Of a stretch of 32,000 nt of DNA, positions 16,056 through 24,792 are shown one piece after another. Origin of the DNA: Candidatus Methylomirabilis limnetica (lineage in GTDB: Bacteria; Methylomirabilota; Methylomirabilia; Methylomirabilales; Methylomirabilaceae); assembly GCF_003044035.1 (NCBI RefSeq), contig NZ_NVQC01000036.1, positions 53,362-85,361 on the forward strand, written 5' to 3'. Under the pieces are notes generated by a model that had not been told where the DNA came from, searched no databases, and saw only the letters and a program-made list of their open reading frames with translations. Made by a program: the position numbers and the translations under genes. Position 1 is the stretch's first letter. The number at the start of each line of letters is the position of its first letter.

Positions 16056-17045
16056 TTAGCTTTTCGTTAATTCCCGGCAGCGTTCGATCAGCGTGGTCGC
16101 CACAGCTTTCCAGTCGCCGACAATGCCAAACTGAGCCACCTTAAAGATCGGTGCTTCAGGATCAGTGTTCACCGCCACGATATGCTTCGAGCCGGATATC
16201 CCGGCAACGTGCTGGGTCGCGCCGGAGATCCCGAAGGCAAGGTACAGCTCCGGACTGACGTTCCTGCCGGTCTGGCCTATCTGCCAGGATGGCGGTACCC
16301 ATCCGGCATCGGTTGCGGCCCGCGAGGCGCCAATTGCGCCCCTCAGGACCTGTGCCAGCTCCTCAAGGACTCTGAACCCTTCCGGTCCGTGTACACCCCG
16401 CCCACCGCTCACTACGATCTTGGCATCCCCCAGGTTGATGCCGGTCGCCTCTTCCTGGACCTTCTCGATGAGGCGGGTCGTAAGTTGCGAGGCTTCCAAA
16501 GCGACATCGACCCGGATTTCCTCGCCGGTCCGGCCCTCCTCCTGCGTGGCCGGCTCTAGTGTCCGGAGCTTGGCCGTTGCCACGACCGAGTTCACGCGAG
16601 GCCGCACAACCGCCATCGCCTTCCCCCCGTAGGTTTGACGCGTAAACTGCAGCCGGCCGGATGCCTGGTCCAGGTCGAAATCGATGAACTCCGCAACAAA
16701 GGTGGCCTGGAGCCGATAAGCCAGGCGCGGGCCCAGCTCGCGCCCCATCACATCGCCAGGCAGCAACACCACGGTCGGCTGTGCGCGCTCGCAGATCTGA
16801 TGCAGGGCGAGTGTATACGCATCACCTTGGTACCCTTCGAGTAAGGGGTGCTCGGCGCGATAGACCTGATCAGCGCCATGCGCGAACAGCAGTGGGACGT
16901 ATGCACCGACCTCTGTTCCCAGGATGGCTGCAGCCACCGGCTCGGCCAGCTTCTCTTTCAGCCTTCTCGCGCCTGCTAACAGCTCAAGCGTATTTCGTGT
17001 GAGCCTGCCGTTTTTCGTTGTAGCTAATACCAATGTGCCGGGCAT
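16056..17045 (-). CDS. etfA: Electron transfer flavoprotein alpha subunit
   Basis: 329 aa with GAGGAG upstream. The C-terminal FAD-binding region reads VVSGGRGV ... [19 protein letters not shown]. Confidence 0.9.
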   Translation of the reverse strand: MPGTLVLATTKNGRLTRNTLELLAGARRLKEKLAEPVAAAILGTEVGAYVPLLFAHGADQVYRAEHPLLEGYQGDAYTLALHQICERAQPTVVLLPGDVMGRELGPRLAYRLQATFVAEFIDFDLDQASGRLQFTRQTYGGKAMAVVRPRVNSVVATAKLRTLEPATQEEGRTGEEIRVDVALEASQLTTRLIEKVQEEATGINLGDAKIVVSGGRGVHGPEGFRVLEELAQVLRGAIGASRAATDAGWVPPSWQIGQTGRNVSPELYLAFGISGATQHVAGISGSKHIVAVNTDPEAPIFKVAQFGIVGDWKAVATTLIERCRELTKS

Positions 17046-17068
17046 CCATCTCCTCGCAAAATGCAGCA

Positions 17069-17193
17069 GTCAGCGGTCAGCGGTCAGCACGATTAGAATG
17101 AACATCTGCGCCAACACCTCACCGATGCGATTGCCGCCTGTTTTTGAATCTTCGTATTCACCCTGAAAGCTGACGGCTGATAGCTGAACGCTG
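17069..17193. repeat. Inverted heptamer arrays in the etfB-etfA spacer
   Basis: (GTCAGCG)2-GTCAGCA lies at 17069-17089. Its approximate inverse GCTGACG-GCTGATA-GCTGAAC-GCTG lies at 17169-17193, exactly 100 nt further on. Confidence 0.55.
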
Positions 17194-17196
17194 TTA

Positions 17197-17997
17197 TTAA
17201 ATCAGCTTGATCTCGCGCAGCTTGACCGCCAGGTTCGCGGCTTTTTCCTCCGGCGTATTCCCCTCGATCATCTCGCACCTGGACTCCTTGACCGGGATAT
17301 AGACATCGGTGATCTCGACCCTGGCTGCGCCGGCGCCGATCTTCTCCAGGTCAAGCCCAAGATCCGCTGCCTTCCAGACGGGGATCATCTTCTTGGCAGC
17401 CGCCATAATATCTTTCAGTTTAGCGTAGCGGGCGGTGTTCGTCTCGTCAGAGCTGATGGCGGCAAGGAACGGGGTCTTGGCTTCGATCAGTTCGTACCCA
17501 TCCTCGACCACTCGACGGACGACCACCTGTCCATCCTTTACCTCGATTCGGGTCACATATCCGACGTACCCGATCCCGAGCTCCTCGGCCAGGAAGCCAG
17601 GGACAGCCCTATCAGCCCAATCCCCCGACTCACAGCCGGTCAGGATCAGGTCATATGCGCCTGCCTTGCAGATCGTTTTCGCCAGGACATGGGCAATCCC
17701 TTGCTGGTCTGACCCCGCGAGAAGCGGATCATTGACCAGGATTGCCTCGTCGGCGCCCATCGACAGGGCGCTTTTCAGCGCTGCGATCGTCGTTGCCCCT
17801 CCGACGCTGATGGCCGTCACCTTGGCGCCCTGCTTCTCCTTAAGTTTGATGGCCACCTCGAGGGCATTGGCGTCGTAGGGGCTGATGACCAGCGGGTTAT
17901 TCCCCTGGACCTGCCGCTTGGTCCTGGGATCGATCTTAAACTGACTCATCGGGACCTCAGGATCGATAATCTGCTTGATGCACACAATGATGTTCAT
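17197..17997 (-). CDS. etfB: Electron transfer flavoprotein beta subunit
   Basis: 266 aa from the ATG at 17997 (MNIIVCIKQIIDPE). The longer track ORF starts at a TTG inside the heptamer array. Confidence 0.9.
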   Translation of the reverse strand: MNIIVCIKQIIDPEVPMSQFKIDPRTKRQVQGNNPLVISPYDANALEVAIKLKEKQGAKVTAISVGGATTIAALKSALSMGADEAILVNDPLLAGSDQQGIAHVLAKTICKAGAYDLILTGCESGDWADRAVPGFLAEELGIGYVGYVTRIEVKDGQVVVRRVVEDGYELIEAKTPFLAAISSDETNTARYAKLKDIMAAAKKMIPVWKAADLGLDLEKIGAGAARVEITDVYIPVKESRCEMIEGNTPEEKAANLAVKLREIKLI

Positions 17998-18004
17998 ATG
18001 GTTG

Positions 18005-18074
18005 GGTTCACCGTTCAACGTTCAACGTTCAAGGTTCAAGGTTCAAGGTTCAAGGTTCAAGGTTCAAGGTTCAA
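18005..18074. repeat. Tandem heptanucleotide array, 10 units (GGTTCAC, 3x CGTTCAA, 6x GGTTCAA)
   Basis: Units were counted directly from the sequence. The array starts 8 nt upstream of the etfB ATG, in the acd-etfB spacer. Confidence 0.85.
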
Positions 18075-18114
18075 GCCACGTGAGGGCGCCCACGAGGGGC
18101 GCCCCTACGCCGCG

Positions 18115-19254
18115 TCAGTTCAATAATTGGTGCGCGATCACTAAGCGCTGAATCTCGGACGTGCCCTCGTAGATCTCGGTGATGCGGGCGTCGCGAAACA
18201 GCCGCTGAGCCGGAAAATCATAGAGATACCCGTAGCCACCGTGAATCTGGAGCGCCTTCGTGGCGGCCCGGTTGGCGGTCTCCGACGCGAAGAGCTTCGC
18301 CATCGCCGATTCCTTGGTATACCGAAGACCCTTGTCCTTCAGCCAGGCCGCCCGATAGGTGAGCAGCCTCGCCGCTTCGATCTGTACCGCCATATCAGCG
18401 ATCATCCATTGAATAGCCTGAAACGACGCAATCGGCTTATCGAAGGCGACCCGCTCCTTGGCATACCTGATCGAGATGTCCAGCGCAGCCTGGGCGATCC
18501 CCACCGCCTGCGCTGCGATACCGATCCGGCCGGAATCAAGGCTGACCATGGCGATCTTGAATCCCTGCCCCACCTCGCCCAACAGGTTATCCGCAGGCAC
18601 CCGGCAATGCTCGAAGAGCACTTGACAGCAACTGGTGCCCTTGAGCCCCAGTTTTTTCTCCACCCTCGTAATGGTGAAGCCCGGCGTGCCCTTTTCCACC
18701 AGGAAGGCACAGACCCCTTTGGCCCTAAGACTGCGATCAACCGTGGCAAAGACCAGCGCCAGATCAGCCTCCAAGGCATTCGTGATGAAGTTCTTCGTCC
18801 CGTTCAGCACAAAGACGTCACCGTCCCTGGCAACAAGGGTTTGCTGGGCCGACGCATCCGATCCGGCGCCAGGCTCGCTCAGCGCGAAGCAGCCGAGCAG
18901 CGTGCCACTGGCGAGCGGCGTAAGATACCGCTGCTTTTGGGCCTCTGTCCCGAACTTGTACAGGGCATCGGCAATCAGCGAGTTATTGACCGACATGATG
19001 ACGCTGGTCGAGGTGCAGGCCCGAGCGATCTCCTCCATCGCGATAGCGTAGCACACGTTGTCCGCCCCGGCGCCGCCGTATTCCGTGGGGATCGCCACGC
19101 CCATCAGCCCGAGCTCCCCCATCAGCTTGACCGTCTTCTGTGGGAAGATCCCCTCTTCATCCACCTGCTTGCTGAGCGGCGCGACCTCTCTGGCAGCGAA
19201 GTCGCGTACCATCTCCCGGAACAGACGTTGCTCCTCAGTCAATTCGAACTTCAT
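18115..19254 (-). CDS. Acyl-CoA dehydrogenase (short/branched-chain, butyryl-CoA dehydrogenase-like)
   Basis: 379 aa starting MKFELTEEQRLFREMVRDFAAREV. It has GAGSDA and the C-terminal catalytic region IYEGTSEIQRLVIA. Confidence 0.9.
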   Translation of the reverse strand: MKFELTEEQRLFREMVRDFAAREVAPLSKQVDEEGIFPQKTVKLMGELGLMGVAIPTEYGGAGADNVCYAIAMEEIARACTSTSVIMSVNNSLIADALYKFGTEAQKQRYLTPLASGTLLGCFALSEPGAGSDASAQQTLVARDGDVFVLNGTKNFITNALEADLALVFATVDRSLRAKGVCAFLVEKGTPGFTITRVEKKLGLKGTSCCQVLFEHCRVPADNLLGEVGQGFKIAMVSLDSGRIGIAAQAVGIAQAALDISIRYAKERVAFDKPIASFQAIQWMIADMAVQIEAARLLTYRAAWLKDKGLRYTKESAMAKLFASETANRAATKALQIHGGYGYLYDFPAQRLFRDARITEIYEGTSEIQRLVIAHQLLN

Positions 19255-19283
19255 AACCTGTCTCCGCGCACCGCTTCTCGTAG

Positions 19284-19331
19284 GGGCAGGGCTTGCCCTG
19301 CCCTTGGGGGCGCAGCAAGCGGCGCCCCTAC
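19284..19331. repeat. Two adjacent GC-rich hairpins
   Basis: GGGCAGGGC-TT-GCCCTGCCC lies at 19284-19303 and GGGGCGC-N8-GCGCCCC at 19307-19328. The latter is part of the 24-nt repeat also found at 13855-13878, and a related hairpin lies at 12046-12066. Confidence 0.6.
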
Positions 19332-19338
19332 ATAAATC

Positions 19339-20121
19339 CTATTTCCCCTTAAAATTGGGTGGACGTTTCTCCAGGAAGGCGTTCACGCCCTCGGTCTTGT
19401 CCTCCGTGGCAAAACAGAGCGCAAATAGCTTACCTTCATAGGCGAGTGCGCGCTCCAGCGCCATGTCATACCCATCCTCAATGGCCTCCTTGACTGCCTT
19501 GACTGCCAATGGAGCTTTAATCGCCAGCTTGTCGGCGAGCTTCCTCACCTCAACCATCAGTTGATCGGCAGGAATGACCTTGTTCAGCAGACCAAGACCC
19601 CAGGCCTCCTGCGCTCCAATCATCTCGCCGGTCAGCACGAGCTCTTTCGCACGTTGCTTGCCGATCAACCGCGCCAGACGTTGCGTTCCCCCGCCGCCCG
19701 GGATGATCCCCAGGTTGATCTCGGGCTGGCCGATCTTGGCCGCATCTGACGCGTAGACAATATCACACGCCATCATCAGCTCACAGCCGCCACCCAGCGC
19801 ATACCCGTTCACGGCCGCGATGACCGGCTTTGGCAGCCGCTCAATCTGCAGGAAGAGCCGCTGGAGGCGCTGGACGAACATCCAGGCATCCGTCGGACTC
19901 ATCGCCTTAAACTCGGTGATGTCGGCCCCGGCAGCGAACGCCTTATCCCCTGCACCCGTAATCACCACCACCCGGACGCTCGGATCGTCCTGGATCTGCC
20001 GCACGATCCGCTCCAGCTCTTCGACCATCATCCCATTGATCGCGTTCAGCGCCTTTGGGCGATTCAACGTGATAATAGCGAGGCAGCCCTCAATCCACAG
20101 GTCAAGCGTCTGGAAGCCCAT
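19339..20121 (-). CDS. Enoyl-CoA hydratase/isomerase (crotonase family)
   Basis: 260 aa from the ATG at 20121, with GGAGG 5 nt upstream. It has ITLNRPKALNAI, VITGAGDKAFAAGADI and GGGCELMMACD. Confidence 0.9.
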   Translation of the reverse strand: MGFQTLDLWIEGCLAIITLNRPKALNAINGMMVEELERIVRQIQDDPSVRVVVITGAGDKAFAAGADITEFKAMSPTDAWMFVQRLQRLFLQIERLPKPVIAAVNGYALGGGCELMMACDIVYASDAAKIGQPEINLGIIPGGGGTQRLARLIGKQRAKELVLTGEMIGAQEAWGLGLLNKVIPADQLMVEVRKLADKLAIKAPLAVKAVKEAIEDGYDMALERALAYEGKLFALCFATEDKTEGVNAFLEKRPPNFKGK

Positions 20122-20276
20122 GATCACCTCCTATTCCATTCAGGACAAGATCGATGACCCCATCGGTCACGGTTGCAAGATCGTACGTTTTCAAGTTCCA
20201 ACGCTTCAGGGACCAGATTGCGCACCGCTTCGGTGTCCAGTCGCATGGTTGGGATATTTGCATGAATAGAGACGGT

Positions 20277-20594
20277 TTAGACGTGAGCTAAGGCAGGTAA
20301 TCTTTTTATCTTTTTTATTTCCTTCGCAGTTGATGAGTGGGTTACATGATATAAATCCCACGCCAACTGCAAGTTTAGCCAAAACTGTGCCTCCATGCCG
20401 AATAGTTTCTCCAGCCGAAGTGCTGTGTCAGGGGTGATCCCCCGTTTCCCATGAATTAGTTCATTAACGCGAGGATATGAAACTCCGAGCCTTACCGCCA
20501 ACTCGCTCTGCGTTATTTTAAGAGGTTTGAGAAACTCCTCCAGCAGCATTTCGCCGGGATGTGTAGGCGGACCAGATTTAGGTATGCGTACCAT
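20277..20594 (-). CDS. higA: HigA-family antitoxin (XRE-type HTH)
   Basis: I chose the ATG at 20594 because AAGGAG lies upstream. The sequence reads THPGEMLLEEFLKPLKITQSELAVRLGVSYPRVNELIHGKRGITPDTALRLEKLFGMEAQFWLNLQ. Confidence 0.85.
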   Translation of the reverse strand: MVRIPKSGPPTHPGEMLLEEFLKPLKITQSELAVRLGVSYPRVNELIHGKRGITPDTALRLEKLFGMEAQFWLNLQLAWDLYHVTHSSTAKEIKKIKRLPALAHV

Positions 20595-20612
20595 CCTCTT
20601 CTCCTTCATTCT

Positions 20613-20906
20613 TCAGTGGTAATCGATAATCTCGATGTTTTCTACGCCATCATCAGTCCACACAAAACATACGCGGAATTGATCGTTGATCCGTATGCTG
20701 TACTGCCCCTTCCGATCATCCTTAAGGGCTTCCAGAAGATTTCCCGGTGGGATTTTCAAAGATTCGAAGGACATGACCCCATTAAGTTGATCGAGCTTTC
20801 GCTGTGCTATTCGCCAGATTTGCTGAGGACAGGCCTGCCTGGCTTCTCTAGTGTTTTTCCTGTCAAAGATATCCTCTGTGCCCTTGTCACGAAACGATTT
20901 TATCAC
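20613..20906 (-). CDS. higB: HigB-type (RelE/ParE superfamily) toxin, plasmid maintenance killer family
   Basis: 97 aa with a GTG start and GAGGA upstream. It has MIKSFRDKGTEDIF and GQYSIRINDQFRVCFVW. The toxin-first gene order is typical of higBA. Confidence 0.85.
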   Translation of the reverse strand: MIKSFRDKGTEDIFDRKNTREARQACPQQIWRIAQRKLDQLNGVMSFESLKIPPGNLLEALKDDRKGQYSIRINDQFRVCFVWTDDGVENIEIIDYH

Positions 20907-20943
20907 AAGACATCCTCATCGACTTAACTCATCACGATATTAG

Positions 20944-20972
20944 ATTATAACGGATACCGTTATATATGGCAA
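20944..20972 (-). promoter_or_regulatory. Predicted higBA promoter (TTGCCA-N17-TATAAT) overlapped by a 19-bp palindromic operator
   Basis: The minus strand reads TTGCCA tatataacggtatccgt TATAAT. The palindrome TATAACGG-ATA-CCGTTATA (20946-20964) spans the spacer and the -10 box, about 38 nt upstream of the higB GTG. Confidence 0.6.
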
Positions 20973-21171
20973 CAGCTCTTTCGCTGTCACCATTAGGATT
21001 GTCTGCGCGTTCAATCGGGATAAGGATGGGCCTCACGGTCTCTCATTGACTCTGCCCGCTGCTGACTTCTGCAACGTGGTCAGGTCGCCTCTCACCCCCC
21101 CTGGTCCCTGCGGGACGCGTTGCAGATCTCCCTGGGAAAAACACAGAACTTTCGATGCGTAGACGCCGGAT

Positions 21172-22851
21172 TTATCCCGCAGCCTCGCACTCTTCCCCAG
21201 AGGGGGTAGCGGAGGTGAGGTGGGCATAGGGGGACCAGGTTTGTAGGCGCTGGTCTTCTACAGGGGTGCCGATGGTGAAATGGTAGAGGGTTTGGAATTG
21301 GTTGTCTTTGAGGCCCATGAGGTTGTGGACCGCGTCGTCGAAGAAGCAGCCGATGCCGGTGGCCCGGAGTCCGTGGGCTTCGGCTTCGAGGTAGAGGACT
21401 TGGCCGATCATGCCGGTTTCCCAGTAGAGATGCCGATAAAGGTAGGGGGCTTCTTCAACGCTGCGCCGAAAGTCCGCGATCATCCCCAGGGAGAAGGCGC
21501 TGTCTCCGGCAATGTCCTGTTGACAACTCACCGCTGTCGCTTCCCGCATGAAAGGGCCTTCCGTCAACAGAAATAACGGCAAGCCTTCCTTGGCTCGTTT
21601 CCATGCAAATTCAGGACGGCATGCGGTTTTGAGGCGTTCAAATCCAGCCTCGTCGCGCAGGAACATGTAGAGGCCGGGCGCGAGGCCGAGAACGCGATGC
21701 ACGAATAGAAGCAGGTGCACGCGGACGGGGCCCAGCTTGAAATCAAATGGGACGGTATCTTCGCGCGGTAGAGTTTTGTCCAGCATAGTGAGGAACTGCG
21801 ATTCGGAGATGCTCGTGGCTCCGTCAAATGCCAAGGCACTTCTCCTCTGTCGGATGATGTGGGCGGCCCGGATCCGGGACTCGTCCCCCGGGAAGAATGG
21901 ACGGTGGGGAGCGAGCCAGTGTTGTGTGGGCGTTCTTGGTTTGGGGGCGGCTTCGGCGATCTCCGAAATAATTTCCCAGTCTATATGATCCTCGCTTAGG
22001 CGGTTGGGCCGGCCTTGGAAGGGAAGTCCCACGATTTCGCTGATGAGTTCAGGGGGGAGGTTGGCGGGAATATCCTTCACGTTTGAAGGGTGCGCGTAGC
22101 AAAGGATTTCGGGATGCTCCGCCTCCCCCTCAATCCAAGTCGTCTGGGTTAAACCGAGCACCGCCGCGACGTCTTCATCCGACGCTTCGCTTAAATACGT
22201 GATCTTCCATCCCAAGAGGTTGGCGGCGAAACCGGCTGCGGCAATGGCGTGGCCTAAGTCGTGGTTACAATAGCGGAAAGCCCTCTCCCCGTATTTCCAT
22301 GCTTCGCGCCAGAAAATACTGGTCAGGCCGAAGAGGAAGCCGTCCACGGCGAAATGATTTGTGAGGCGCGCGCAGACCTTTTCCGGAAATAGGGCCCTGG
22401 GTTCCAGCGCGTGGAGGTAGGGGCTGTAATGAAACACTCCCGGCTCACCGGCGATGTTGCCCAGGGTCACCACGTAGCCTTCCGTGGGGTGGAGGTTACC
22501 GCTGGAGGGGTTCATGCGAAGCGCCCATTTATTGCCGCCCGCGGACTTCCAGGCGGAAAGACCGAGCGACAATTCCAAAAAGAGTGACAGGTTTTGGAGG
22601 GAGAAATCCCGGACGGGATTGTCTTCTCTTCGGTACAGGTCCATATGAGCGGCGCCAAGGTCTTTTTCCGTAAATGGCAGATTGAGCCGCGTGAGGCCTT
22701 CATACCATCGGAACGGATTGGGTTGGTTCGCCCAATCCATGTAGCCTAGAGACCTGGCTTGGCGGTCATAGTGGTGTTTTGTTTCTTCGTGGTACCGGGT
22801 GACAGCATCAACGTCGTTCAATTCGGCACCGACCTTCTCATTCGATAGCAT
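21172..22851 (-). CDS. SagB/ThcOx-type dehydrogenase (tandem nitroreductase-fold protein)
   Basis: 559 aa from the ATG at 22851. It has the N-terminal TRYHEETKHHY motif. Its length fits two nitroreductase-like halves, with C-terminal GCFFDD and FTIG motifs. Confidence 0.65.
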   Translation of the reverse strand: MLSNEKVGAELNDVDAVTRYHEETKHHYDRQARSLGYMDWANQPNPFRWYEGLTRLNLPFTEKDLGAAHMDLYRREDNPVRDFSLQNLSLFLELSLGLSAWKSAGGNKWALRMNPSSGNLHPTEGYVVTLGNIAGEPGVFHYSPYLHALEPRALFPEKVCARLTNHFAVDGFLFGLTSIFWREAWKYGERAFRYCNHDLGHAIAAAGFAANLLGWKITYLSEASDEDVAAVLGLTQTTWIEGEAEHPEILCYAHPSNVKDIPANLPPELISEIVGLPFQGRPNRLSEDHIDWEIISEIAEAAPKPRTPTQHWLAPHRPFFPGDESRIRAAHIIRQRRSALAFDGATSISESQFLTMLDKTLPREDTVPFDFKLGPVRVHLLLFVHRVLGLAPGLYMFLRDEAGFERLKTACRPEFAWKRAKEGLPLFLLTEGPFMREATAVSCQQDIAGDSAFSLGMIADFRRSVEEAPYLYRHLYWETGMIGQVLYLEAEAHGLRATGIGCFFDDAVHNLMGLKDNQFQTLYHFTIGTPVEDQRLQTWSPYAHLTSATPSGEECEAAG

Positions 22852-22943
22852 GCTCAACAATGAGATTACAAGATACGGGGAGCAGCCGCGAAGCGGTCGG
22901 TTTCGTGCCCATGGTTCTCCCGGATCGTAACGACGGGAAGGGA

Positions 22944-23030
22944 CACCGGCGCGGCGAAGCCATGTCCGAGTTGATGCCTTGGTGATCAGCCGATGCAGGC
23001 AAATCGAAACAAATGGCCACTGTCCCTATT
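22944..23030 (-). repeat. About 89-bp repeat family, copy A
   Basis: CACCGGCGCGGCGAAGCCATGTCCGAGTTGATGCCTTGGTGATCAGCCGATGCAGGC...AAATGGCCACTGTCCCTATT. It starts 35 nt beyond the stop of the VIT gene. Confidence 0.7.
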
Positions 23031-23065
23031 GCACTGAGGTGTCGCGTTCCTTGACCCCATAGATC

Positions 23066-23755
23066 TCAAGCGGCTACCCCAAAAAGGGCGCCAACTCCAG
23101 TGGTCAATGCCATTGCCAAGGCCCCCCAAAAAGCGATGCGCGCGACAGACGCAATCACGGGTGCGCCCCCTGCGCGTGCAGACAAGAAGCCCAACACTCC
23201 AAGAAAGAAGAGTGAGCTACCTGCGACACCCCACATGAGTGCAGAAATTGGAAACAAGAGAACTATCAGAAGCGGCATGACCGCGCCAACGGCGAACGTA
23301 CCCGCCGAGACTAATGCGGCTTGCACTGGTTGCGCGGCCATTGTGTCGGATATACCCAGTTCGTCTCGTCCATGTGCGGCAAGCGCGTCATACTTCATTA
23401 ACTGACTAGCAACGTTCGAGGCCAGCGTCTCATCCAGCCCACGCTTCACGTAAATGGACATCAATTCCGCGTGTTCCTGCGCTGGGTTCGCAGCCAGTTC
23501 TTTGCTCTCCCGAGTCAGATCCGCGCGCTCGGTATCGGCTTGTGAACTGACCGAGACATATTCGCCGGCAGCCATTGACATGGCGCCAGCGACAAGGCCG
23601 GCAACTCCTGTAACCAAGATGCCATGAGTGCCTACGCCTGCTGCCGCGACGCCCAAGATAAGGCTGGCAGTAGAAACGATACCGTCGTTCGCGCCAAGAA
23701 CAGCGGCGCGGAGCCAGCCTGTTCGGTGTGTTCTGTGTATTTCACTGGGGCTCAT
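23066..23755 (-). CDS. VIT1/CCC1-family iron/manganese transporter
   Basis: 229 aa from the only ATG, at 23755; the track ORF starts at a TTG. It has HRTGWLRAAVLGANDGIVSTASLILGVAAAG, a central acidic loop and C-terminal TM helices. Confidence 0.8.
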   Translation of the reverse strand: MSPSEIHRTHRTGWLRAAVLGANDGIVSTASLILGVAAAGVGTHGILVTGVAGLVAGAMSMAAGEYVSVSSQADTERADLTRESKELAANPAQEHAELMSIYVKRGLDETLASNVASQLMKYDALAAHGRDELGISDTMAAQPVQAALVSAGTFAVGAVMPLLIVLLFPISALMWGVAGSSLFFLGVLGFLSARAGGAPVIASVARIAFWGALAMALTTGVGALFGVAA

Positions 23756-23805
23756 AGCGTCTACCGCGTAATGGATAAGTTCATTGCTACTCCCAACGTG
23801 TGGCT

Positions 23806-23850
23806 GAGCGGCGGCGTTTACGCCATCCAAATGGTCACCGTCCCTATTTT
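23806..23850 (-). repeat. Deletion derivative (45 bp) of the 89-bp repeat family, copy E
   Basis: GAGCGGCGGCGTTTACGCCATCC joins directly to AAATGGTCACCGTCCCTATTTT. These are the two end modules of copy D with the middle missing. Confidence 0.6.
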
Positions 23851-24034
23851 AGTAAGCGATCGGCGGTGAGCGGCTCTGTCACCAGTCCGCTTCATCGGCT
23901 GGTTGGGCAGCTATTCGAAATCTTCACGATGTGGGGTCGCAGAATGGAAACCGCCTCGTGCCATTCCATGGGTTCATTCTCCTCCAAGTCTGCCCAACAG
24001 ATATTAGCCGCCACTCCTTACACAGACTCGATGA

Positions 24035-24427
24035 TTACTCAATCACCTTCACGCCATCTACAAAATAGTCCGTTTCTCCATCCCACACCATATTCTTTAT
24101 GATCTGTTGATAATGAAGCGATACTTGCTTGCCTTCTAATTTCATCAGGATGTCTGCTGTCGCATTATCGCGTACAGAGAACGCCCAGATACTGTTCACT
24201 TGTGCCGTATTTGGAATATTGCCCATACCGCCAATGTTCAGCTCGCCTTCGTAGGTTTTAAACACATATCCCTTTTTCGAAAACTTAATCAGCACCCCTG
24301 CTCGGCTACCTTCACTGTAGGTATAGTTGAAAATGAGAAAAGTGCTGACGACTCCCGCAATCACTATTGCCAGCACAATGAACATCCATTTTTTACCGGA
24401 CGATTGTTTTGATACCGTATCAGCCAT
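24035..24427 (-). CDS. Hypothetical membrane-anchored small protein
   Basis: 130 aa with one N-terminal TM helix (WMFIVLAIVIAGVVSTFLIF) followed by a beta-rich domain. The gene looks more AT-rich than the window average and has no clear Shine-Dalgarno sequence. Confidence 0.6.
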   Translation of the reverse strand: MADTVSKQSSGKKWMFIVLAIVIAGVVSTFLIFNYTYSEGSRAGVLIKFSKKGYVFKTYEGELNIGGMGNIPNTAQVNSIWAFSVRDNATADILMKLEGKQVSLHYQQIIKNMVWDGETDYFVDGVKVIE

Positions 24428-24488
24428 GTTGTTGTTTTCTTTCGATGCTAAACCAGCGTTTCATTTGAACACTTCAGATAGGATATTG

Positions 24489-24789
24489 ATATAGGGACAG
24501 ACACTCTTTATTGAAATCCTTTTTTGATCTTCCCCTCTGCTACACGTGCCTTATTCGTCCAGTGTCATGCGCGCCTCCCAGATGAACTCGTCTCTTCGCA
24601 GTAGTCGCTCTGTCATCGTGCGCATTCGTATCTCTGTCGTGCCGAAAGACTGCCTGGCGATCATTCCCTCGTTGCCTCACAGGATACGGGTGGCCGGATA
24701 CAACGGTTCGATCAATCCGTAGCGGGCACGATCATGACCGTACACACCACGAATTCCACGATACGCGTGCGCGTGTCTGTCCCTATGTT
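24489..24789 (-). mobile_element. Y1-transposase-derived MITE-like element, copy 4
   Basis: ATATAGGGACAGACACTC ... GCGTGTCTGTCCCTATGTT. The right end lies 3 nt from the stop codon of the 167-aa gene, and the left end lies 62 nt upstream of the 130-aa gene start. Confidence 0.75.
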
Positions 24790-24792
24790 CCA

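Noticed and set aside
18005-18074. Possible CRISPR array or other spaced repeats
   Set aside because: The units are 7 nt, directly tandem and without spacers. No repeat-spacer architecture or cas genes occur anywhere in the window.
18241-19335. Long plus-strand ORFs antisense to well-supported minus-strand genes. Examples are 18241-19335 (364 aa), 14649-15734, 27920-29278, 10464-11348, 12294-13028, 1933-2736 and 3417-4190.
   Set aside because: Their translations are Arg/Pro/Gly-rich and low in complexity with no recognisable motifs. Each is fully shadowed by a gene with clear family signatures. This is the typical GC-rich antisense artefact.
22944-23030. The 89-bp repeats as integron attC sites, with the surrounding single-gene modules as cassettes
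   Set aside because: There is no R''/R' core pair (RYYYAAC / GTTRRRY), no imperfect internal dyad conserved between copies, and no intI gene or attI site in the window.
23782-23796. GGGAGTAGC (minus strand) upstream of the VIT transporter as a yybP-ykoY manganese riboswitch
   Set aside because: Only this 9-mer matches. It lies about 27-40 nt upstream of the only ATG. The other conserved elements (the TTGACA-type loop and the 3' GAGAGA segment) are absent.
23851-24034. Short minus-strand reading MEWHEAVSILRPHIVKISNS.. as the 5' fragment of another truncated gene ending at repeat copy E
   Set aside because: It is only about 25 codons before a stop, and the resemblance to any family is too vague to call.
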